Origin: Zestosphaera tikiterensis
Lineage (GTDB): Archaea; Thermoproteota; Thermoprotei_A; Sulfolobales; NBVN01
Assembly: GCA_003056265.1 (NCBI GenBank)
Contig: NBVN01000004.1
Location: 300,001-332,000, forward strand
Length of the DNA: 32,000 bases
Direction: 5' to 3'
Numbering within the stretch: the first letter of the stretch is position 1; every line of letters starts with the position of its first letter. The notes beneath the pieces were generated by a model, which ran no database searches, was not told where the DNA came from, and saw only the letters and a program-made list of their open reading frames with translations. Shown piece after piece: positions 25,998-32,000 of this stretch. Both the position numbers and the translations under genes were made by a program.

Positions 25998-26040
25998 AGG
26001 TTTAGAAGAGGTTATGTAAACGCGGTCTTCCCTTAAGGTA

Positions 26041-26050
26041 TTTAAATTTA
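26041..26050 (+). promoter_or_regulatory. TATA-like box upstream of psmA
   Basis: TTTAAATTTA lies about 40 nt upstream of ATG 26086, leaving a short leader that contains AAGGG. Confidence 0.3.
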
Positions 26051-26085
26051 TATTAGTTGAGCGTATATGAGATTAAGGGTTGAGT

Positions 26086-26817
26086 ATGGCGTTCGGTCCT
26101 CCAGCTATGGGTTACGATAGAGCTATTACGGTGTTCTCACCTGATGGTAAGCTCTATCAGGTTGAATACGCAGCTGAAAACGTTCGGAAGGGTTGGACAA
26201 CTATAGCTTTAAAGACTAGGGACTTTGGGGTTTTGCTTGCTGAGAAGAGGAAGATATCGTCTTTGATTGATATGAATTCCATAGCTAAGATATTCTTAGT
26301 TGATTCACATATAGGTGCTTCCTTCGCTGGCTTAGCTGCGGATGGGAGGATTCTCATAGATTACGCGAGGAGAACGGCTTTAAACTATAGATTCATATAC
26401 GACGAACCTTCAGACGTGGAGTATGTTGTTAGGTCTGTATGCGACGTTAAACAGCTATATACGCAACACGCAGGTGTACGACCATTCGGAGTTTCGTTGA
26501 TTTTCGTGGGTTATGATAAGAAGGGAGTGCAGGTATACAAGACTGAGATAAACGGTTATTACTTCGCCTACTTAGCTATCGCGGTAGGTTCTGGGGAGCA
26601 AGCAGCTGGTGAGTATTTAGAGAAGAACTACAATCCAAACATGTCTAGAGATGAAGCGATTGAGCTAGCTCTTAAGGCTTTAAGAGCGTCTCTAGAGAAC
26701 CCATTAACTCCAGAGCTAGTTGAGATGGGTGTTGTTTCTAGTGACGACGGCCTTTTCAGAAAGCTAACTGTTGATGAAATAGCTAAATACATACGTGAGT
26801 CAGGGGTCAATAAATAA
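26086..26817 (+). CDS. psmA: Proteasome subunit alpha
   Basis: GYDRAITVFSPDGKLYQVEYA is the canonical alpha-subunit N-terminus. ATG 26086 is preferred over the track's TTG 26080. Confidence 0.95.
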   Translation: MAFGPPAMGYDRAITVFSPDGKLYQVEYAAENVRKGWTTIALKTRDFGVLLAEKRKISSLIDMNSIAKIFLVDSHIGASFAGLAADGRILIDYARRTALNYRFIYDEPSDVEYVVRSVCDVKQLYTQHAGVRPFGVSLIFVGYDKKGVQVYKTEINGYYFAYLAIAVGSGEQAAGEYLEKNYNPNMSRDEAIELALKALRASLENPLTPELVEMGVVSSDDGLFRKLTVDEIAKYIRESGVNK

Positions 26818-27512
26818 TGAGTAGTAGGGATTATGTAATCGCTAGATATGAGAAAGGAGGTCATAAATTCGAGATATTAGTGAACCCTGATAAAGCGTTG
26901 AAGTACCGTGAGGGAAGCATTAAAGACTTAAGCGAAGTAGTTGTTGGGGATTACATATATAAAGACGTACGTAAAGGGGATAAAGCATCGCCGGAGGAGA
27001 TAGTTAAAACTTTTGGAACGGCAGATTTTAAAGCTGTTGCTGAGGTGATATTAAAGAACGGTGAGTTACAGCTTACAACAGATCAGAGGAGGAAGTTGCT
27101 TGATCAGAAGAGGAAGTTAATCATTAACTACATAGCTAAGTCTGTAGTAGATCCTAAGACTAAAGCGCCGATCCCACCGCAGAGAATTGAGAAAGCTATG
27201 GAGGAAGCTAAAATAACTGTAGATCTTTATAAATCAGTTGAGGAGCAAGCCGCTAAGATAGTTAAAGAGCTTACTAAGGTATTACCGCTTAAAGTAGCTA
27301 AGGCTTTAGTTACGATTAAAATACCGCCTGAGGTTGCTGGGAGAGCTTATCAGGAGGTTCGGAGGTTAGGTGAGTTGAAGAACGAGAGATGGTTGAATGA
27401 CGGCTCACTCCACGTCGAACTTGAAATACCTGCTGGTATGCAGGCTGAAGTTATAGATGCTGTGAATAGAGCCACTAAAGGGACGGCTGAAGTTAATATA
27501 AAGGTGATTTAA
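26817..27512 (+). CDS. Ribosome maturation protein SBDS/Sdo1 homologue
   Basis: ARYEKGGHKFEILVNPDKALKYREG is the FYSH-domain signature. Its ATG shares one base with the psmA stop. Confidence 0.9.
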   Translation: MSSRDYVIARYEKGGHKFEILVNPDKALKYREGSIKDLSEVVVGDYIYKDVRKGDKASPEEIVKTFGTADFKAVAEVILKNGELQLTTDQRRKLLDQKRKLIINYIAKSVVDPKTKAPIPPQRIEKAMEEAKITVDLYKSVEEQAAKIVKELTKVLPLKVAKALVTIKIPPEVAGRAYQEVRRLGELKNERWLNDGSLHVELEIPAGMQAEVIDAVNRATKGTAEVNIKVI

Positions 27513-28262
27513 TTGACGCAAGCCGAGCAAGAACAGAAACAGCAGAGTAGGTTTTTAGTAACTCCTGGGGATAAGGTAGTGGAAGGTGAGTATAAGCTAT
27601 TATCACCTCTAACAGCCTATAGGTTGGGCAACGCTTACTACGCCTCAGTTGTAGGATTAGCTGAAGTAAACGACGCCGAGAAAACGTTGAGGGTAATACC
27701 CTTAGAAGGTTTCTACTACCCTAAAGTAGGAGATTTAGTTATAGGGATAGTTGAGAACGTCGGGGTAACTAACTGGGAGGTAGATATTAAAGCTCCCTTC
27801 CCCGGCGTGCTTTACGCAGTTGATTTTCTTGGGAGGCCTGTAAACACAGCCAAAGAAAGTTTGAAAGACTATCTTGACGTCGGCGACGTAGTAATCTGCA
27901 AGATAGAAGCTTTCGATAGAACTAGAGACCCTGTGTTAACAGCTAAGGGTAAGGACTTAGGTAAGGTAGTTAAGGGAGCTTTAGTGGAGATAAACCCCGT
28001 TAAAATTCCTAGGGTTATCGGTAAGAAGGGATCCATGCAGTCAATGATAGAGAATGAGACAGGTTGTAAGTTAGTGGTGGCTAACAACGGCAGGATATTA
28101 ATTAATTGCGAGGATAGGGCGTATGAGGATATAGTAGTTTTAGCTATTAGGAAAATAGAAAAGGAAGCACATACTTCAGGGCTTACGGATAGGATAAAAG
28201 AGTTTATTGCGTTGGAAAAAGTTAGGAGGGGGTTGATAGGTGGTAAAGAAAGGGAAGCCTAA
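27513..28262 (+). CDS. rrp4: Exosome complex RNA-binding subunit Rrp4 (S1 + KH)
   Basis: [25 protein letters not shown] (S1) and [14 protein letters not shown] (KH GxxG). The TTG start directly follows the SBDS stop. Confidence 0.9.
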   Translation: MTQAEQEQKQQSRFLVTPGDKVVEGEYKLLSPLTAYRLGNAYYASVVGLAEVNDAEKTLRVIPLEGFYYPKVGDLVIGIVENVGVTNWEVDIKAPFPGVLYAVDFLGRPVNTAKESLKDYLDVGDVVICKIEAFDRTRDPVLTAKGKDLGKVVKGALVEINPVKIPRVIGKKGSMQSMIENETGCKLVVANNGRILINCEDRAYEDIVVLAIRKIEKEAHTSGLTDRIKEFIALEKVRRGLIGGKEREA

Positions 28263-28968
28263 ACTAATAGATGAGAACGGATTAAGACATGATGGGAGGA
28301 AACCCGACGAGTTAAGACCTGTTAAGATGGAGGTAGGTATTTTAAACAACGCTAACGGATCAGCGTACGTTGAATTCGGCAAGACGAGAGTGATAGCCGC
28401 CGTATACGGGCCTCGAGAACCGCCGCAAAAACATATCGTCTTACCGCATAGGGCTGTGTTAAGGTGTAGGTACCATATGGCTCCGTTCTCAACTGAGGAA
28501 CGTAAAAGTCCAGCCCCTTCAAGAAGGGAGATAGAGCTCTCTAAAGTGGTTAGGGAGGCTTTAGAGCCGATAGTTATGTCTGAACTATATCCGAGGACCT
28601 CCATAGACATATTCGTTGAGGTGATAAGTGCCGACGGCGGTACTAGGACCGCAGCCGTTAACGCCGCATCATTAGCTTTAGCGGACGCTGGGATACCCAT
28701 GAGGGATTTAGTAGCGGCTGTAGCGGTAGGTAAAGTTGACGGCGTTCTTGTCCTAGATATCGACGAAACTGAAGACAACTATGGTGAGGCTGACATGCCT
28801 ATAGCTTTAGCACCTTCTTTAAATGCTATAACGTTACTCCAATTAAACGGCGTTTTAACACCGTCTGAATTTAATGAAGCTCTCAAACTAGGGTTGAAAG
28901 GCATAAACGAGATATATAAGCTTCAGAAAGAGGTACTACGTAATAAGTACTTAGTTAAGGTGGAGTGA
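28240..28968 (+). CDS. rrp41: Exosome complex exonuclease Rrp41 (RNase PH domain, catalytic)
   Basis: [62 protein letters not shown] and [18 protein letters not shown] start, overlapping rrp4 by 23 nt. Confidence 0.93.
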   Translation: MVKKGKPKLIDENGLRHDGRKPDELRPVKMEVGILNNANGSAYVEFGKTRVIAAVYGPREPPQKHIVLPHRAVLRCRYHMAPFSTEERKSPAPSRREIELSKVVREALEPIVMSELYPRTSIDIFVEVISADGGTRTAAVNAASLALADAGIPMRDLVAAVAVGKVDGVLVLDIDETEDNYGEADMPIALAPSLNAITLLQLNGVLTPSEFNEALKLGLKGINEIYKLQKEVLRNKYLVKVE

Positions 28969-28969
28969 T

Positions 28970-29863
28970 ATGTCTGTAACACCTTCGTCACCGGATGTAA
29001 TCATACCAAAGCTTAAGGCTGAAACTCTCTCGTCAATAATTAAGAAGGGGGTAAGACCTGACGGTAGAGGTTTGGAGGACTTTAGGCAAATAGAGATAAT
29101 CACGAACTACCTACCTAAAGCTGAAGGATCGGCTTTAGTTAAGTTAGGTGAAACGCAAGTTTTAGTTGGTGTTAAACTCGACGTTGGGACCCCATATAGT
29201 GATGCACCAGATGAAGGAGTTATCGTGGTTTCAGCTGAGTTTGTCCCAACGGCGTCACCGGCTTTCGAGCCCGGACCACCTGATGAAAACGCTATCGAAT
29301 TAGCTAGAGTTGTAGATAGAGTTATCCGTGAATGCAGAGCTATAGACTTAAGCCAGTTGGTTTTAATACCTGGTAAGAAGGTCTGGACTGTTTGGATAGA
29401 CATCTATGTTTTAGATCATGACGGCAACTTAATCGACGCTTCTGCCATAGCTACTTTAGCAGCTCTACTCACTACTAAAATGCCTAAAGCAGAGGTAACA
29501 GGCGATCAAGTAGTTGTGGACAAGAGCGCTTATGTTGGAACCTTACCTATAAGCAGAAAAGCATTAACCGTAACCTTAGGTAAGATAAACGACGCGTTAC
29601 TTGTCGATCCAACCTTAGAAGAAGAATCTGTAATCTCATCTAAACTCATAGTTGGCGTTACAGAAGATGGTTTAATAGCCGGTCTTCAAAAATCTGGAAT
29701 GGGCTTTATGGATGTTAATGAAGTCGGTAAAGCTTTAGATATAGCGTTAAGGAAAGGCCTTGAATTGATATCGAAGGTGCAGGAAGCCATCAAAGAACAT
29801 ACTAACACTTCAAACTCAGAAAATAAGGTGCGGGAAGAAAACGTAAGTGATGAAAGTAAGTGA
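28970..29863 (+). CDS. rrp42: Exosome complex subunit Rrp42 (RNase PH domain, non-catalytic)
   Basis: RPDGRGLEDFRQIEI..AEGSALVKLGETQVLVGVK and LDHDGNLIDASAIATLAAL. It starts 1 nt after the rrp41 stop. Confidence 0.9.
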   Translation: MSVTPSSPDVIIPKLKAETLSSIIKKGVRPDGRGLEDFRQIEIITNYLPKAEGSALVKLGETQVLVGVKLDVGTPYSDAPDEGVIVVSAEFVPTASPAFEPGPPDENAIELARVVDRVIRECRAIDLSQLVLIPGKKVWTVWIDIYVLDHDGNLIDASAIATLAALLTTKMPKAEVTGDQVVVDKSAYVGTLPISRKALTVTLGKINDALLVDPTLEEESVISSKLIVGVTEDGLIAGLQKSGMGFMDVNEVGKALDIALRKGLELISKVQEAIKEHTNTSNSENKVREENVSDESK

Positions 29864-29920
29864 TGTGCTTCTTTAAAAGCTTAAAACCTTGAAGTCCCTA
29901 ACAATATAGAGGGTTGGGCG

Positions 29921-30187
29921 ATGGGTAGAACTAAAGTCGTTGGTATTGCCGGTAGGTTCGGACCTAGGTACGGATCCTCCCTAAGGTTTAAGTGGAAGGA
30001 GGTTATGGATAGAAGATACGCTAGATATACATGTCCTTTCTGTAAAGCTAGGGTGAGGATGAAACGCTTAAGCGTTGGTTTATGGCAATGCCCTAAGTGC
30101 CACACAGTCTTCACAGGCGGTGCTTACGTCCCAGTAACTGAAGTCGCTGGAGTTACGTCGAAGCAAGTACCGTCGACTCCGCAGTGA
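29921..30187 (+). CDS. rpl37ae: Large-subunit ribosomal protein L37Ae (eL43)
   Basis: MGRTKVVGIAGRFGPRYG.. with the zinc ribbon CPFC...CPKC. Confidence 0.93.
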   Translation: MGRTKVVGIAGRFGPRYGSSLRFKWKEVMDRRYARYTCPFCKARVRMKRLSVGLWQCPKCHTVFTGGAYVPVTEVAGVTSKQVPSTPQ

Positions 30188-30193
30188 GTTTTT

Positions 30194-30760
30194 GTGATAG
30201 GGACCTACTTAATAATAACTACGTCGCGAGAACCTTCTAGAAGAAGTAGATCCTTCATTAAAGACTTAGCTAGAGTTATCCCTAATTCCTTAAAGCTTAA
30301 TCGAGGTAAGGCAACATATGAAGACCTTGCTCGTATAGCCATAAATAAAAACGCGTATGGAGTTTTAATGACTTTAGAGATGAAGGGTAATCCCTCAGCT
30401 TTAAGTTTCTGGTCTTTAAATGGAGACTCTAACACGCTTGTTAAACGTATATTAATTCAAATAAAATCCGTTAAGTTACTTAGAGAGATTCCAAGCTCTC
30501 AACAACCGCTGAATATAAAGTTTTTAAGGGTGTCATCCCCTAACGTAGGGTCTGGACTACCTTACGAAACTTTAAACGCTTTAATAGAGATTCTTAAGCC
30601 TAAGATAACCGCAGACCTTGAGGAAAACACCGTCAATAGCGTCGACTTAATCGTAGGCGGTGATTCTAAAGAAGCTTCAGTACTGTTTTTATGCTCATCT
30701 ACTGGTAGACCATGCGGTCCTCAATTTAAAGTAGTTAAGGTAGTAAGGTATGGAACGTAA
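30194..30760 (+). CDS. Brix/Imp4-domain ribosome-biogenesis protein
   Basis: LIITTSREPSRRSRSFIKDLARVIPNS..NRGK...MKGNPSAL is the archaeal Brix pattern. Its position after L37Ae is conserved in the archaeal superoperon. GTG start. Confidence 0.8.
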   Translation: MIGTYLIITTSREPSRRSRSFIKDLARVIPNSLKLNRGKATYEDLARIAINKNAYGVLMTLEMKGNPSALSFWSLNGDSNTLVKRILIQIKSVKLLREIPSSQQPLNIKFLRVSSPNVGSGLPYETLNALIEILKPKITADLEENTVNSVDLIVGGDSKEASVLFLCSSTGRPCGPQFKVVKVVRYGT

Positions 30761-31025
30761 GGTCCGCATAACCGTTGAAATAGAGGTGCGAGACGTAGGA
30801 TGTCGTTTAGCTAACGCACTATATAGCGCTGTAAAGCCTGAAGAGTCCCTTAAGCTTAGAGGTGTTAATATGAGTGTTGTTAGGAAGGACTGCTCAGTTA
30901 TTATAGATATAAACGCGCCTGAAGTAGCGTCGGCCCTACCCGTAGTTAATAACATCCTCAAGCTAATGGCTACGTCTATAGATGTGATACAGACATCACA
31001 AGACAGAAATAAACGTGTGGTTTAA
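30750..31025 (+). CDS. pcc1: KEOPS complex subunit Pcc1-like protein
   Basis: 91 aa. A..ALYSAVKPEE....R....V......V.I.I.A.....L..V.N.ILKLM fits the Pcc1/CTAG pattern. It lies immediately upstream of prefoldin beta, as in other archaea. Confidence 0.55.
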   Translation: MERKVRITVEIEVRDVGCRLANALYSAVKPEESLKLRGVNMSVVRKDCSVIIDINAPEVASALPVVNNILKLMATSIDVIQTSQDRNKRVV

Positions 31026-31077
31026 TTACTTTAATTCTTATTAACGTTAGTTAGAATTGATTAAGGTGTTGAAGAAC

Positions 31078-31446
31078 ATGGCTCAGAAAATACCTCCTGA
31101 GTTGGAGCAGACGTTAATAAAGTATCAGCAAATAGAGTCTCAACTAGCTTCAGTAATAACTCAAAAGTCTGTTGTGTCTTCAGAGCTTAAAGACATTGAA
31201 AGAGCTTTAAACGTGCTTCAAAGCATAAGTGCGGAAACCCCAGTATATAAAAACACAGGCTTTGTGTTGGTTAAAGTTGGGAAGGATGAAGTCATTAAAG
31301 AACTTCAGGAAAGGAAGGAAGAACTGGAGGTAAGGCTTACAAGCTTTGAAAAGATTGAGGAGACTTTACGTAAGCAGTTCGAAGCCGTAAAGAAAGAACT
31401 GGAAAAGTATAGAGTTGTACCAAGCACTGCTTCAGAAGGTGGATGA
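31078..31446 (+). CDS. pfdB: Prefoldin subunit beta
   Basis: About 120-aa coiled coil - beta hairpin - coiled coil: PPELEQTLIKYQQIESQL...VYKNTGFVLVKV...ELEVRLTSFEK. ATG 31078 is preferred over the track's TTG 31057. Confidence 0.85.
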   Translation: MAQKIPPELEQTLIKYQQIESQLASVITQKSVVSSELKDIERALNVLQSISAETPVYKNTGFVLVKVGKDEVIKELQERKEELEVRLTSFEKIEETLRKQFEAVKKELEKYRVVPSTASEGG

Positions 31447-31756
31447 ACGTATAGGTAAGGTTTACGTTAAGAACTTAGGGCTTGACTTAAGCAGGGTAAC
31501 GGCTGAAGATCTGGAATCCATAGCGACGTTTTTAGAGGATGTTATTGGGTTGGAGTTACGTAAGAGGTTAGGGAATATAGACTACGACCTAACTGTTAAT
31601 GTGTGGTTATCGGAGAACACGTTAAACATAGAGGTGGACGTTGAGGTATACGCTCACGAAGGGTTTAAAGCCGAGGGTGAAGTTTTAATAGATGAAGCCC
31701 TAGATAAAGGATTGGAGAAGCTGGAAAATGAACTTACGAGAAGATTTAGCGCTTAA
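31415..31756 (+). CDS. Small conserved archaeal protein downstream of prefoldin beta (DUF3194-like?)
   Basis: ORF with a TTG 31415 or GTG 31439 start. Acidic, about 105-113 aa. The family assignment rests only on its position in the superoperon and on memory. Confidence 0.35.
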   Translation: MYQALLQKVDERIGKVYVKNLGLDLSRVTAEDLESIATFLEDVIGLELRKRLGNIDYDLTVNVWLSENTLNIEVDVEVYAHEGFKAEGEVLIDEALDKGLEKLENELTRRFSA

Positions 31757-32000
31757 GGTAAAGAGTTTAACTCAACTCTTAGCCAACGTGAGAAACGTTT
31801 GTTTCTTAACGCATAGGGACGCTGATCCAGACGCCATAGCTAGCTTGCTAGCTTTAAAATACGTCTTTGAACATCTTAAGGCAGACTTGACGACAGCCGT
31901 ATATCTACCTGAGGGATTGAGTAGAGAGTCTAAGAAACTCTTAAGTAGCTTGAACTATGTTTTAAACCCTGTAAGTTATCTAAAACAATGCGATATTAAG
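31728..32000 (+). CDS. DHH-family phosphoesterase (NrnA/RecJ-like), N-terminal fragment running off the window
   Basis: ATG 31728 opens a frame with no stop to nt 32000: MNLREDLALKVKSLTQLLANVRNVCFLTHRDADPDAIASLLALKYV... H-x-D-x-DPDAI-x-S is DHH motif I/II. It is absent from the track because the stop lies outside the window. Confidence 0.7.
   Translation, partial: MNLREDLALKVKSLTQLLANVRNVCFLTHRDADPDAIASLLALKYVFEHLKADLTTAVYLPEGLSRESKKLLSSLNYVLNPVSYLKQCDIK

Noticed and set aside
359-30961. About 20 short ORFs in the track lie antisense to or inside well-supported genes: 359-712, 1729-1920, 1947-2234, 3759-4019, 8097-8309, 10682-10891, 12651-12890, 13831-14019, 15657-15884, 16407-16769, 19449-19637, 20612-20800, 23105-23326, 25334-25699, 26157-26357, 26628-26864, 27869-28087, 29107-29403, 29881-30114, 30205-30435 and 30695-30961.
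   Set aside because: Each is fully shadowed by an ORF on the other strand or frame that carries strong family motifs. Their translations are Ser/Thr/Leu/Pro-rich and low-complexity, as is typical of antisense frames.
1-32000. A scan for CRISPR arrays, IS elements or transposases, integrases, rRNA genes, toxin-antitoxin pairs and known defence-system genes.
   Set aside because: No regularly spaced repeats were seen, and no ORF had recognisable transposase, integrase, Cas, restriction-modification or toxin motifs. The RHH gene at 6538-6702 has no adjacent toxin ORF.

Overview
This is a densely coding, moderately AT-rich archaeal chromosomal segment, probably crenarchaeal (Thermoprotei-like). 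The evidence is AglB, the pantoate kinase/phosphopantothenate synthetase route to CoA, the exosome, Pcc1, an initiator tRNA with an A1:U72 pair, and TATA-like boxes about 30 nt upstream of start codons. Most genes are housekeeping.

Left to right:
- 3' end of an Opp-type ABC ATPase.
- HMG-CoA synthase / thiolase-fold / DUF35 operon.
- A class-I aminotransferase and a degenerate MDR-dehydrogenase-like protein.
- A small AT-rich island (5.2-8.1 kb) with two C2H2-type zinc-finger proteins, an orphan RHH (CopG) protein missing from the ORF track, and two unknown ORFs.
- A dispersed CoA-biosynthesis set (PanB, PanE, phosphopantothenate synthetase, pantoate kinase, CoaBC), interleaved with AglB, an amidohydrolase, a DedA-like membrane protein, ZPR1 and Hsp20.
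- A GNAT acetyltransferase.
- A three-gene operon: wHTH-PRTase / CitG-like / inactivated metallophosphoesterase-like.
- Endonuclease IV, a DUF1152-like protein and initiator tRNA-Met.
- The proteasome-exosome superoperon: PsmA, SBDS, Rrp4, Rrp41, Rrp42, L37Ae, Brix, Pcc1, prefoldin beta, a small conserved ORF and the start of a DHH phosphoesterase.

I saw no CRISPR array, IS element, integrase or recognisable defence genes.

The most notable observations:
1. The thiolase-fold subunit of the mevalonate-entry operon has Glu where the nucleophilic Cys should be, and has no other usable Cys.
2. The HTH-PRTase / CitG-like / dead-phosphoesterase operon lies next to the CoA genes.
3. Two Cys-less small paralogues with a thioredoxin-like pattern are present, one embedded between CoA genes.
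4. The zinc-finger/RHH island.

All family calls come from motif recognition by eye. No searches were run.
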